Assembly: GCF_001949145.1 (NCBI RefSeq)
Contig: NW_019091360.1
Location: forward strand, 1,981,599-2,045,598
DNA length: 64,000 nucleotides
Source of the DNA: Acanthaster planci
Lineage: Eukaryota
Direction: 5' to 3'
Shown here: positions 36,166 to 49,670 of the stretch, in pieces
Position numbering within the stretch: position 1 is the stretch's first letter
Layout of the letters: each line of letters begins with the position of its first letter
Made by a program: the position numbers and the translations under genes
Notes under the pieces: model-generated
Told to the model about the DNA's origin: nothing
Database searches by the model: none
The model's input: only the letters and a program-made list of their open reading frames with translations

Positions 36166-38339
36166 CTTGAGATTATGCTGTGACTTGAACGGGGAAAAGT
36201 GACTTGAAGCAGGACATATCTTGTGTCTTGATAGCAGTGGTTAATTGATATACATGTGACTGGCAGTGATCACACTGGACTTTCAGACATGTTTAGAGGT
36301 ACATGTATATAGAGAAATTTTCATAGCTGTAATGGACATGCAACAAAATTAACAATGCCCCAAAGTAATGGATGAAGCCAATAATTCACCCACTCTTGAA
36401 CAGCAACATTAAAAATGATTAATACCTGACACTTCAGTTACCATCTGCACTACAAAATGACGACATGAACTCAGTGGCTATCTTGACACTACTTTATTTA
36501 GCATTCATAAAGAGAATCATCAAGCCATGATTGACCAGCGGTGGCAGGAAACAGACAGATTATTCGGATAGATCTATAATAACTCTGTAATCACTAACAT
36601 AATTGAATGGCATCTGTCTACGAACTAGAAAACAATTTTACTTTTGATAAGAAAGTTTTATAGGCTTGGCAACCAATTTTTGCAGTCACAGTTTAATAAA
36701 CCTTAACAAGCACTTTTCAAAAATGTATAACTGCATAGGATTTCAAGCAGCCCTTTGTTTAAATTACAGTATGAGAAAAGGTCATCACAAAGTTATTCCA
36801 AATACATGTAGGCGTGGTTTGTAAAACCCAAAGGTACATCATGCAGGAGTGAAAAAAAGACCATGAATTGTTAATGGTTTGTTGTTTACAGATATTTGTA
36901 TTTTCAGCCAGAAAAAAGGCTGTACAGTTACATGAAAACAAAACTTACTATGTACAGTACACCAAGAATCCTTATTTAATGAAAATCATTAGACGCATAA
37001 AAATGATGGAGTCTTATAAAACAATTTATCCAATCCCACCTTAAAACTAAACACAATCTGACCAATAAGAATAGAAGCTCAACAAATAACATGACAAATC
37101 TCAGTATGAAATCCAAGAAAATCTACAGATGTGTAAAATAATTCTGTAAAAATTACAGATTAATTAAAACTTTAACTAATTGCAGATACTGATGACGGAC
37201 TGCTGATCAAAGACGAACCCACCTCCTGAAATCCCTACAGACTTTAAGATCATTGATAAAAAAAGAAAAAATTTCTTGCCAATGAAAAGGAGAGTTACTT
37301 TAGGAATCAAAGAAAATATTCTACTACTGCACAAGTACATTTGTATCCAACCATGTCTGCATTTCATGCATGTGATGTACGAGTTGGTGCACGAGTTACA
37401 TGTAGCTTGCGTACGAGTTGAGCGAACTGTATATGAGTGTGAGTTGGCATGAGTATGAGTTGACCTGTCCCATTATCGTTCATGAATTTGTGCATTATGT
37501 TTAAACATCGTTCGCAACTGCATTGGGTTTGTAAATTCTCTCTAGTGATGGCCACTGAATTTTAGCAAATCGACAGTTACTTGTACATATCTTCACTAAA
37601 GAAAGGACATGTTCCAGGCAAGCTTTTTTGTTTTTATTAAAGAAATGATGCCCTGTTTGTGACAAATTATCTGCCTGAAATCTTTCACCCATATTTGTGA
37701 TCATTAGTAAGGACAGGACTGTGGTACCATGGCAGGATTGGGCTAGTGCAGTTCTGACTTTGAAGCAGGATCTGTGCATTGAGACTTCGTTCTCAGGACC
37801 CAGTGATCTGCAATTTTAGAAATGTCGTCGCAAGAAGTGCTTGAGAACTGGATCTCCGGAAGACTTGACATGTTGAAAATTGCATCTACAGGGGTTGCCT
37901 GTTTCCACATATTTTGGTGACAGGAGCCACCTTGCTGTTTTGTCTATATCGGGCCGTTTGTCGCAGGCAAAATTAATGTGGCCCACATTCCAGCCAATTT
38001 GCACATCCAGGGAACTCTTTGCCATCCATGGAGTCTTCCTTTGTTGCAGAGTCTTCCCTAGTCTTTGTCTGTAAGATCTTTTCTTTTATGTTACACGTAC
38101 ATGTATACAGATGTGTGAGAACTTACAGGGACTTTTCAACCTAATCTGATCATTGGACAATAGCATTACCTAATCATTGTTAAGTTTTCTTAAACCCTGT
38201 AGACACTTGCAATGTTTCATATTTCCATTCATAATTCACCACTGTTTCTTTCATCTTTAAGATATCAGTTTGATCTTGTTACATAAGATAAAATAGTAAT
38301 TCACATGGAATCACTGATGGTTTGGAGAATTTTGGATTG

Positions 38340-38777
38340 TAACAATGGTCTGGCCCTTTGGACGGAAATCCACAAACAAAACCATTTTGGCATCTAAACA
38401 AATTGAGGCTTTCACTTTCCCAACAGATGAAATGACCTTCTTTGGAGGAGGTGAGGACAGGTGTGTCTGCTGCCCAGAGGCACAGAATGTTTCTTGGTCT
38501 CTTTTTCAAAGTTATGGACCCAACACTACTCCTCAGTTTGAGATGCCAGTGGCCAGTGGTGTTTTTTGTACATGTAGTTGAAGGCCAGCCAGACCTTGGT
38601 TTATCTTCATCTTGGCTGTTTTCCCTTCCTTAAATCAGCTACCCATATGTTCCCATTTGCCATGAGGGAACACCATCTCCCATATACCAACCACATTGGC
38701 ATGGATTTGCCTGCCAGAACTGAACCTGGCAAATTGAGTTCTTTGATGACAGCCTGGTACTTTGTAGTTTTCTCCAT
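38340..38777 (-). mobile_element. mariner-type transposase fragment
   Basis: MEKTTKYQAVIK, EDKPRSGWPST, WVHNFEKETKKHS and SSPPPKK..SVGKVKASICLDAKMVLFVDFRPKGQTI match the mariner N-terminus and the region after the first catalytic Asp. Confidence 0.85.
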
Positions 38778-38899
38778 TTTCACCACAAGTTGATACCTTT
38801 AAACTACCGAGTCGTGCTACAGTTACCAAAGTTGCTGTTTATGTAAATTAACAAGCTATAGTTAGGTATCTGCAGAGCTGATACGTGTCTTCATGTACA

Positions 38900-39058
38900 T
38901 AGCACCTGTTCATTTTACATGGATCTTAATTGATCGCGATCCGTGATCCTAAAGCTGGTTTGCGCTATCCTTTGCGCTAGGCAGGTTCTGGTGTCAGTGA
39001 ACCAATGACAGATCACTCACTTATCACGATCCAGATCAATGTGAAACAAACAGACCCA
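38900..39058. mobile_element. Short MITE with decayed TIRs, same family as 31357-31480
   Basis: Right end GATCCAGATCAATGTGAAACAAACAGACCCA; degenerate inverted counterpart at the left end; core shared with the 31.4-kb copy. Confidence 0.6.
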
Positions 39059-40198
39059 TTGTTTCCTTGCTGCAGTGTTCGCAGGTCTGACCCATCTAAC
39101 TACCGGTAAATGTTTTCATCATTATGCCGATATTTAGAATGATAAAACATCAATACGATGAACAGTAGGTAGTTTGCTTGTGTAGATACCAAGTTTGTTA
39201 TATTTATTTCAACAAAAGTTGGTAATGTCAACCAGTCCAATTTGTTCAAGTCAATTGCCTCATAAACCTTTTTCCCTAAGTCAAGTCTCCAGTCAAAAAA
39301 AATTGCAACTTCTTTTTCTAAAAATCTGCTGTTTACCCTGGCATATTATTTATTGAAAAACTAAATCTGTTGTCACAGAATGAATGATTTTAATGTAGAT
39401 TTGGAACATACATTGTATACATGAACATGTAGCTTAAAGTTTAACCATGAAGGTTACATTTTGCATCTGTGATGTACAGATCTATGAAATATCAATGAAA
39501 TTGAAAGGGAAAAATTCAGCCTATTGGTTACAAAATTGTGTCCCAATTTCCATATTTTTTAACTTGCAAGAGTAGACTTCAGGTCAGCTAATGTACATTG
39601 TATATACCTAGCAATAAGGTCAGAAATTACTTTACCTTTACCCTCATGTTTGAGACTCAGTGTTTGTTGCCTACAGCACTCCCACTCATCTGCTGCCGCA
39701 GAACCAATTACACGTAACAGAGTTGGAGCCCAGAATATGCCGGGATTAAGTTGGTTGGCAACATGAAGAGCTTCATTTCAGGACAGGGGTCCATAGCATC
39801 CCTTAGGCGGGACGTCCTTCCTTGGCCGGTTGATATACCGGCTGGGCATGCCCGGCCATTTTCTGGCTGCTTTGATCCTCGGCCGGTAGAAACGGCCTCT
39901 CTGGCCAGTACGAAGCCTGTCTGCTCTGGTACACGTGCCGGCACTTCAAAGGCACACAGCAAAAGATCTGCAGTTAGCGTAGTGACCAATCGCCGGCCAA
40001 CCTCCAGAGTTGAACAAAAGCCCGCTGTAAGCGGATTAGGCCTTGTGTCTTGTGAACAAGACGTAAAGCCCAGTTTCCAGATCTCAGCCACAGAGCATTA
40101 TACGGTACGTCGTTTTTCCTATTGATTTGTAGGCCCTTTTGAGTAAAAGTAATATGTAGAATTTTATTTTACAAAATTTAAAAATTAAAAAATTACAA

Positions 40199-40610
40199 AA
40201 GGTTGTTCCGACATCATGTATGGAGTTTCGATGCTCTCGCATGCATGTGTACTGAGTTTTGGTGAAAAGAATCCAAAAAATGAATGCTTTTGCAGTGTCA
40301 TGCACTGGCAGAAAAACTGAATTTTGACCATAAAATTTTCAAAAATAAAAAAAAAAAAAAATTTTTAAATAAAATTCTGTTCCAAAGACCATTATCTTGC
40401 TACATATGACTGGGAAGGTTGTTACGACATCATACGTGGAGTTTCGATGCATTGGCATGCATGTGTACTGAGTTTTGGTGAAAAAAGCCAAAAAAGGAAT
40501 GTTATGCTTTTGCAATGTCATGCACTAGATGAAAAACTGAATTTTGACCATAAAATTTGAAATTCTGTTCCAAGGACCATTATCTTGCTACATTATTACT
40601 GGGAAGGTTG
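40199..40610. repeat. ~200-bp direct tandem duplication (about 2 copies)
   Basis: GGTTGTT.CGACATCAT...GAGTTTTGGTGAAAA...GAAAAACTGAATTTTGACCATAAAATTT...ACCATTATCTTGCTACAT starts at 40201 and 40417; a third start lies at 40606. Confidence 0.9.
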
Positions 40611-40699
40611 GGGGTGGTGGAATAAACATGCAAGAGGAGGTATGACACTGTTTTAAAAAATGTATTCCAACCTTATTCAAACATATGCCAAGAAGCAAA

Positions 40700-42566
40700 T
40701 CTCTTTTTTGAACTTGTGTGGCTCTGAAAAGAGCTGTTTATTTTGGAAGCACCTTTCTCTTCATGTGCATGTAATGCACGAGTCTCGCGTCACGTTGCTG
40801 CGTGTGCGATCTCCTTCGAGTGTGCTGTCAAGTCCAGGATCAAGTGCTACTCTCTCCAGCTTTCCCCAAAGCACTTGAGATGCCAACTCGCGCCATGTCT
40901 CATAATGGCCTTTGTGACGCCGAGATGCCCGTGGAGTAAAAAGAAGACCGCCACCATATGCACGTAGAAATGTCATGAGTTTTATGGCATGGACAGGATT
41001 CCTTGTGCAGTGGTGACAGTGGCGATCTTCACATTTGATGAATTCAAGCGTGAATGTCCGTTGAACCAAGTGTCTTGCCAGAAATCTGTACTCCTCTGCA
41101 AGTACAGATAGGGTTGGTGTGGTACGGATCTTGGTAGAACTGGTGTCACTGAGTTCTTCAACCAGAGATTCATCCCTGTAGTTCTGCTGTGAGGTTGACT
41201 TTATTGCCACAGGAGAGACTGGGAAAGAGTCGAATGTTCTACCTTGAAGACAGTGTTGTACATCATCGATCGCCTTGTCGAGGTTACCATCATCCTTCTC
41301 ATCTGGCACAATATTACCCCCCCCTGCAAAGTTGCAGTCAACTGTAGACCAGTCAACCACATGGTCAAGGAAGCCCAACTATGTTTGATCATGTTGATCC
41401 TGCTGTCCCCAGGAGCGTACGATGTGATGCAAAGGTAATCCAGGCACAAGTCAAGCCAGAGTCGTCCCATCATCATGACTGTCTTCACGCTATCCTTTTG
41501 CCAGTCAGGACCATTGTCAGACAAAATCACAGCGGCATGTTTCCCATGTTTTTCTCATTCCTCTCTGATGAGAGGAAGCAGGTCGGTGTTGTGATTATAC
41601 ACTGATGCCTTGAAAAACTTGTTTCCTCGCAGACGAACAGTTAGTGGCCCAGTTCTCGGGTACCTGTGGTACAGGTGACCCAATTCATCTGTAAGATACA
41701 AGCTTTTTGATGAAGGCGTGGCTTGACAAGGCAGAGGATTTTCTTGCGTGTTAGTGCCGTTAGCTTTGACGGGTGGTTCTCTTTCTGAACTCACTGACCG
41801 GGACCTCTCCCTTGGAGTAGTGACCTCACGGTGGAGAAGTTGCATGTATCCGCTGGGGATGGCCTTGTAACCTGTTGCAAAGTTGTGGTCTGGGTAGCAC
41901 ACTTTGTCATGCTTCAGGAAAAACGTTTTAAAGGCCATTCCCCTATCTACACACAGACCTCTGCACAGACCAGCTGGAAACTTTGTCGTTAAAACATGCA
42001 GCCATTTCCAGCACGTAGTTGACAGAAGTGCGCAAAAGTGAGAGGCCATGTGGGTATTTGCTGATGTCATTTTTCTTGACTCCAAAATTGACATCGATGA
42101 CAGACTGCTATCTGATGCTGGCCTTGTTGAAACGATTTGGTGGGACAAAAAGCTGTCGCAATGTGCTTGTGCTGATGCAGGGTTTCTTGACCTCGGGTCT
42201 TTTCTTCACAACCTGTTCTTGCAGCTGATGAGCACTAACACCAACAGAAGACCACGATTCTGACCGCCGTCTGAGCAGCGAAACCATGCTGTGTTAAGCA
42301 CGTCGACAATGGTGGGCACCAGCGATGGATATTTTTCAAAGAGTGGTTTCTTTCAGCCTTTTTGCAGAAGCTGACCTTGAGTGGGAATCTGACGATGCTC
42401 AAATAGCCTCTTTTTTTGTCATGGATTGACGGCTGTGCATTGGCTTCGGAGACGAAAATGGTAAGTGGTTAGTTGATGTGTTGGGTGGAGATATTGCAGC
42501 AGCTGCAAGGGGGCTGAAAACTGGTTTTTCCGGCTCATGATGAAAGTGTCGCGGGTTGAACTCCAT
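40700..42566 (-). mobile_element. Decayed Zator-like DDE transposase gene
   Basis: Frameshifted ORF from CAAGATGG with HGFAAQ, ISTSTLRQLFVPPN, YPDHNF..YKAIPSGY, ILSDNGPDW, GRLWLDLCLDYL, SYAPGDSRINMI(K)HSWASLT..LTGLQL and KCEDRHCHHC. These correspond to the Zator DHDF/LIPS, DGGPD and APG.S..N..ER..A.LS motifs; the catalytic Glu appears mutated to Lys. Confidence 0.78.
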
Positions 42567-42807
42567 CTTGGAACTTTAACAGACGCAATATGAGGGCTTT
42601 TTCAATACTGTTTGCCCAATGCTACAAATAATTGGCTTAAAATCAAACCCCACTAACCACCCAATCGCGAGCATACCCGGTGAAGCGAATCACTATACAA
42701 CAATGCCCATTAATGTGCAATCATGACCGAATGCGCATTTCCCAGTACAGCCATTGAGTGCACCTGAGTATGATCATCTTTCTTGATTTACCTTTGGATA
42801 TTCTACG
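42567..42807. promoter_or_regulatory. Candidate bidirectional promoter between the transposase and the BEN gene
   Basis: Three CCAAT/ATTGG boxes within ~42615-42666; donor GTACGT at 42808 and acceptor TTTTTTTTAACAG ending 43049 define a 5' UTR intron of the + gene. Confidence 0.5.
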
Positions 42808-43054
42808 GTACGTTTTGCAAAAATGGACTCCATTTTCAGTAGCAATTCCCGCAGCCCAATCAGCAAACATCAATGTAAGGAAAAAGTTCTTTTAAAAGCT
42901 TCTACGTGTATTCAACAATTTGCATACGGCTGTGAATTTGTTTTTAATGGAAAACCGAAATGGATCTGAAATTCGCTAGATCTAAATACGTGTCCGATGG
43001 TATATTTTTACTCAACTTTTCATATCTTCTATGTCACTTTTTTTAACAGACAGC

Positions 43055-43974
43055 ATGGACAGTGAAGATTCTGATGACGACGTACCACTGAATGGTTTAA
43101 GAAACCGCATCCGTGCAAATGTGGCTCGGGAAGTCTGTCGTCTGATCAACGAAGCCCCATCTGATTCCACTTAGCAGCACTTGCCTCAATCTCCCAGAGA
43201 AAACATGGCCCAACGAGATCTTCTACTCATGATGTAGATATCATGAGAGATCTGCAGAAGAAGGTGACATCACTGCAGCAGCAGCTTGATCACATGCAGA
43301 ACCGACAAGAGAGTCTCCGGGAAGGTGTGAAGTTCATCGCAGCAAACACGGTTCCTCAAGCTGTAGCTGGGATGAGCAACAGCATTCAGTCTTCCCCTCA
43401 AGTGGACCAGACACCAGCGCTAGCCACTTGTCCAACGAACGTACTGCCTACAGACAGTATTCCAGCCCCCACTCCGCCACCCACTCCCAACGAGCACACC
43501 CCAGTAGCGGAGGTAGTTCGCGTCTCACCTGAAACCCCAGCCTCCAGCAGACAAACCGTTCCACTGCAGAGTGTAATGGGTCCTGAGCCGGGAATGTATT
43601 TACTGGGAGACAAAAAGTAAATGGTCCGGCCCGTCTCCGAGTACGAGTCAATTCTCAAAGATGTCACCCGACGAAGACGCCATGCCGATGATGGGGACGA
43701 GGCTGTCTCGTCTGCCTTTCCCTGCTGACATGAGTAGTTCTCAGAGAAGAACTGGCCACCAAGAACATCACTGGAAATTTGCGGGACAAGAACATTAAAA
43801 AGTGCCAGATTCCAACGATCAATAAAGATATTCTTCAAGTGATGCAAAATGCAATTTCCTGACTTTAAGGACTGGTTTACGGACTCGAAGTGCAAAACGG
43901 TCGAGGCGCTCAACAAGCAATGCAAAAAGGTGGGACAAGAGTTGAAGGGCAAGGACCATGAGGAAGAGCTCTGA
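43055..43974 (+). pseudogene. Coiled-coil + Pro-rich linker + BEN-domain protein (decayed)
   Basis: MDSEDSDDDVPL...; coiled coil RDLQKKVTSLQQQLDHMQNRQESL; Pro/Thr-rich linker; BEN-like LLT...EELATKNITGNLRDKNIKK..PT...MQFPDF...VEALNKQCKK. A few stops and frameshifts. Confidence 0.75.
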
Positions 43975-46251
43975 GATTTGGCTTTAGTTGTAAGTATGTT
44001 TCGGTTTTGATAATGACCTCCATAATGACCTTACAACCAAGAATTTTCTTTTCAATCAAAATTACTAAATCGGTTGTATTAACGTTGCGTTCGATCCTCA
44101 ATATGCAACATTTTTAATGTATTGACATTTTATTTTAGCTCCAAATGGAAAGAACATCCCTAGTATTATGATCTTGAATCATGCACCAAATCTTGTCGTC
44201 TTCAATCAACCGATTTCCAAATACACTGCAGTGCTATTTTAAGATGTGTTTTGTCGTACCTTTGATTTTCTATGCTATAGATGTGTAGGTATACATGTTT
44301 GATGATGTTCCAATTTCTGCGATAGAATATAAGTTGTGTTGACCTTTTTGAAAACCAAAATGCAAGTTGGACTGATTACTTTCGCATATGTATAGATAGT
44401 TACGTTAAAGCCTCGTTCATCGTTCATTAATTAAACGATCATCTTATTAATACCGAAAGGAATGTCTCTTTCTTAGGAATTACTCGTGTTTTATTACTTG
44501 GGTACTGCAGTATAAAATCTAAAAACTTACTCATCGTAATCATACACCTGCAGAAAGACTCAGTAAATTGAACCAGCCCCTACTCAAGTTCTTTTGTTGC
44601 CCGTGGTCGAAGATAATAGGATAATAATAAACCCTCCCTCACACCCCTATTGTTGGACCCCAGAAGTCAGAGTGTGGTTATCAGGCAGGAACACAAAAGA
44701 CCTCTCAGCAGGTACAGTGCATGAGTCACAGGCTGGGCCGGTAGCCTGCCCCCTTTGAGGACGATTCATCAAACAGGCCGAGCTACCGGCCGGCCGGTAC
44801 ATCAACTGCTGGGGGGTGGCTGGGATTAAGAAAAGAAAAACAGGAAATAAAATGCAATTCTAGCCATATTTTGGTGATATATACGTCACGGCCCTATGCT
44901 TCAGTTTTGTTGAAGTAAACTGTGTACTCATGACACCCTAAAACAAGTTTTTAAAGTGCATTTTTTCTAACCAGATGATTGAATTTATGCCTTTCATATT
45001 CCTTTGTTTTTTAACTTCGGAATATTAAATTTTGAAAATAATTATTCACAGATATTTGATGAATGATTGAGTGATTCAGGGAGCTTTCTGGCAAATTTCT
45101 GAGATTTAGAGTAAAAGTGAATCATTACATTTGAGGTTTAGTGTCGTGTTTGTTGAGGCAGTCAACTTCATAGCTTTGACATGACAATGAAATTGAAACC
45201 AGTGTAGGCGCAACTACATGTAGGCAAATTAAATCTCATGATAGATGTGTGTCGATCACTATGATGCAAATTATATGTCTTACCACAACCAACCACCGTC
45301 CCATCGTCATTGACCAATTAACATTGGAGGATGTGTAAGCCATCTGCAGGGTTTGCTGATCAGCAAAATAACTGAGCCTTTCCCGAGTTTCCCAGCAGCA
45401 GATGTGTAAACGTCATATCCCTCATTTGTTTTGTAGATGCAGTATCCAGGAAATCTTTGGAGGAGTGCTGTTGACAGCTATACACTGCCTGTAATTGTAG
45501 CAAGGAGATTAATGGCAGTGCCCTTGCAGATTGCAAAATATGATGTTGCAGTGTGAAATATTCTAATTCAAATATTTTATCCTATTTGCATATTAAATGT
45601 TAGCCAATATACTTGCCTAAAATACAGCCCTCAGGAAGTGGTTCAGTGGGTATTTTCAGAGATAACAGATGTTGCCAGGTTCCCTTCTAGTCTGAGTGAA
45701 AATTGATGTTATTTCTTTGCAACAGCGTTACTCGGTGGATTTGGATACCCGTCTTGCCAACAGTCAGCCCTCATGGGAACAGCAATCTAAAGTTGCCAGT
45801 GTCAAAGCTCACAGGGAGGATGCTTAGATTTGGCAGGTAGGTAATTAGTAAATCATGAATACAAATTAATGAACCTTTTGTATTAATTAGTAAATCATTT
45901 GCTTGAATAGTAAATCATTGATACAGAAATAAGCCTTTTACGAGTTAAGTTTGAATAAAATCTGGTACACGTACAGAGTTCTTCAAATTCATGTCAACAT
46001 AACAATTTGAATTTTCTCCATACTGGTAATCAAAGACTCTTGCTGTACCTTGTGATTCGGGGCAAGCTTTTGCTTAGTTACCTAAGAAACGCCTTGCAAC
46101 AATACACTTTCTCAATGGATAAGAACGGCACAAAGGAACCAGTCCATTCCAGAGATGGTTGTCGCTATGCAAAAGCTTGCCCCGAGTCATGAGGTATAGC
46201 AACAGTGTTTTTATAGTCTGGGGAATTCAAATAATAATTATTATTACAGAA

Positions 46252-46518
46252 AATGAGTCACTTGGGAGACATAGGAACGTGCACAAAATTTTTCAAACTT
46301 TACCATCCCATAAATCAATATTCCCTAATCTGATCTTAACCAAACTTTGTGTGTTTTCCTTTCAGACCCTAATCTATCATCTCTCAAAATGTGGACATTA
46401 AAAATTTTCCTTCTTTTGGTAGTTGGAGCATTAGGGAGACATTGAAATCTCTCCCTAGTGACTGATGTCTCCCTAATGTTGAAAAATTTACCACAAAATG
46501 TCTCCCAAGTGACCTATT
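46252..46518. mobile_element. MITE
   Basis: TIR core GTCACTTGGGAGACA (46257) / TGTCTCCCAAGTGAC (46499-46513); internal CATTAGGGAGACAT...ATGTCTCCCTAATG hairpin. Confidence 0.75.
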
Positions 46519-46521
46519 TGG

Positions 46522-49500
46522 AAATATTGACATTTATAAAGTGCCCAATCCATCAAGCTTCTCCCAGGCGCTGTACATCAAAATGTAAATATATAAATAA
46601 AACCTACATGTACCATAACTAAAATCAATACTAAGAAACTAAAAATGCTTGTTTAAAAAGATGTGTCTCCAGCCCAGTCTTAAAACTCTCCACATTCCTA
46701 GACTCTTTAAAATGAACTTCAAGCTGGTTCCAGAGATGGGGACCAGCCACAGAAAACATCCTCTCGCCAGCAAAAGACAGCCTAGTTTTTGGAAGAGTAA
46801 GCCAAGACGAGTCCAGCGCAGAACGAGTGAATCGACTAGGAATCCTAACTTAAAGCAAATCACTTAAATATCTTGGAGCTCTGACGTGGAGACATTTAAA
46901 GACCAGGAGACACACTTTAAAAATTACCCTATACTTTACTGGCAACCAATGTAATTGCATCAGCGCAGGAGTAGCGTGGTCAAATTTCTTGCCATTAGTG
47001 AGTAACCTTGCTGCAGCATTCTGGACTCTCTGCAAAGGAGCAAGGGCTGACGCCGATAGACCTATTGAAACAGAGTTACAATAGTCAATGCGAGATGTAA
47101 CAAGTGCATGAATAATCTGCTCCATGGCTGATTGGCCCAAATAACATTTAATTTTGCTTAGATTGTACAGGTGATACATTGCAGAGCGAGAGACATTCTT
47201 GATTTGGGATTGCATATTCATTTTGTTGTCAAAAATCACACCCAGACTCCTGACTTCAGAGACTGCAGTAATATTGTGATTACCAATATTCACAGCAGTC
47301 CTAGGAATTTTGCTCAAAAATATATGCGATCCAATGATAAACAGATTTGTCTTATCATTTAACTTCCAAAAATTAATCGCCATCCAACATCTGATGTCGT
47401 AACAGCATTTTTCCAAAACTGACACTTGTTGCTGTATGTTGCTGGCAGTTGGCTGAGCTGACAAATACAACTGAGTGTCATCTGCATAAAAATGACAACT
47501 CAGTCCATGATGCCTAATAACATCCCCTAATGGCAACATGTACACATTGAATAAAAGTGGTCCGAGTACAGAGCCCTGGGGGACACCATACTTAAGTGTC
47601 ACTCGTGGTTCCGACATCTGATCCACTCTTCGTAAATGGTCTCTAAGCTAAGAAGAAAACCACTCGACGGTATTTTGTGAAACTCCAACATGTGTCCTTA
47701 ATCGATGAAGCAAAATGTCATGATCAAGCGTATCAAAAGCAGCACTTACATCAAGATATACCAGAATGGAGACTTTGCCCTTATCCATATGATTCCAAAT
47801 ATCATTTTGAATGCGGGCAAGAGCTGTTCCCGTCCCATGGTGGCACTTATATGCCAATTGAAAATGTAACATAAACCTGGTCATATGATTAGTCAATGGT
47901 AAATTGGCAACTGGACGATAATTCTTAAGCAGCTTGGCTTGATCAGCCTTGAGGTTGCGAGATTTTGGAATGGGAGTAACAGTAGACATCTTAAAATCAT
48001 TTGGAAAAACTGCAAGGTTAATAGAAGTATTAACGAGAGATGTGATTATTGGGCAGATTTCAGGCAGACAGCATTTCAAAAGTGCAGTTGGTATCAGGAC
48101 AGCACTGCAAGTTTTTGGAGGACACTTGCGTATGATTTGCTAGATCTGTGCACAAGGGGTGGAGCCTAAATTAATTAAGCTTACATCCTTCAGGAAGAAC
48201 TGGATCTTGAATATCAAAATCTCCTTGACCCACACCACTCGTACGTCATAAGTTGCTGATCTTAGTTTGAAAGAAATTAGCGAAGCGAAGCATGCTTGTC
48301 AAGAACCAACCTTAATTCCGAATTGTAAAAAGCTGCGAAAACGTTCGGGTCGGGTAATGAAGTTTCGTCCAAATACTTTGAAAATGCAGAACAGCGAATG
48401 TCTGGAATGTTTTTAATCCTTCTAAATGCTACAGATTTCTGCGGTCTCACAGGCTTACTGATTTCTGAAGAACAGGTTATCAGTGAATGATCGGGAACAG
48501 CAGGATCAAAAAAATCTACAGATTTGATAATGTCCATAGATGGACGAGTAACATCAAGATCTAAAACATGACCTTTAATATGGGTTGGGGATACTACAAG
48601 TTGAATCAAATTGCAAGACTCAAGAAAAGTAATAAAACAAATCGTATCATGTGCTTGAGGCTGATCCATGTTAATATTAAAGTATCCAACTATCACAAAA
48701 TCAGATGATTTTGACATGAACTGTTCAATGATTTGAGAGAAATCAGTTAAAAAGGTAGTGATTGCTACATTTGGAGCCCGATAAACAACCATCAACAAGA
48801 AACGTTTATCATGACTGTCGACATTGACCACCATGTTCAAAAGATGATCCAGCTGCAGTAGATGGAGTACTGTAGTATGTAGTCTCATTCCGTACTCCTA
48901 CTACACCACCACCAGCTCTACCTTGACAAGATTTATGGAGAAACTGGTAATCGCCAGATGTTAACTGTGACACCGTAGTAATGTCTCCTTCTTTAATCCA
49001 TGTCTCAGTAAGAGCAAGCACATCAATGTCTTGATCAGCCAGCAATTCAAGAATGCCAGTTGTTTTGTTACATACAGATCTCGCATTCAAACTACAAACC
49101 CACAAATTTCCTATGGATGGAGTGCAACTCGAAGCTGACGCCAGTTTAATGGAAATTAAATTACCTGTCTGGGGTGGTCGGCAAAACGACGAATACCGTG
49201 AATTGAATTGCCTAGGCGTTATAATTACCGGAATTTGTGCTTTCACTCTGATTCCTCCTTTCAGACTTCGTTGTCGTTTGAGAATTCCCAGATCCTTTAT
49301 ATTATTGCAAACTGGCCAGGGGAGATTCCGTCTATAATCCTTAAAACTAAAAAGCTCAACACAAGTGTAAACTCTACAAAATGGTACTTTACCAGGCTGT
49401 ATGCCACTAGCATTGTTAATACAGCTTATTTGGCTTCCATTTGTACAGCCAGCTAATTTAGAGTCAGATTTTCCATAATGATCGGCTGCATGGTGGTTTC
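46522..49500 (-). mobile_element. L2/CR1-group LINE, decayed ORF2 (APE endonuclease + RT) with 3' tail
   Basis: LNARSV..K, LALTETW, GRAGGGV, VVYRAP, GYFNI, PTHIKGHVLD, SDH-like [82 protein letters not shown]2-type 3' end GTACAGCGCC...GCACTTTATAAAT. Confidence 0.95.
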
Positions 49501-49670
49501 TCACATTACATGTACTTGGACCAGGGTTTTAGCGATATCCACACACATAGCAATATTCACTATGCGGTCCAAAAGAAAAGGAGCGAACAAACACATATGT
49601 CTTTGCTTCAGCCACTTCGTAACTGGATATTTAGAACAAGAAATTCAAATGGTTACATGTACATGTATGT

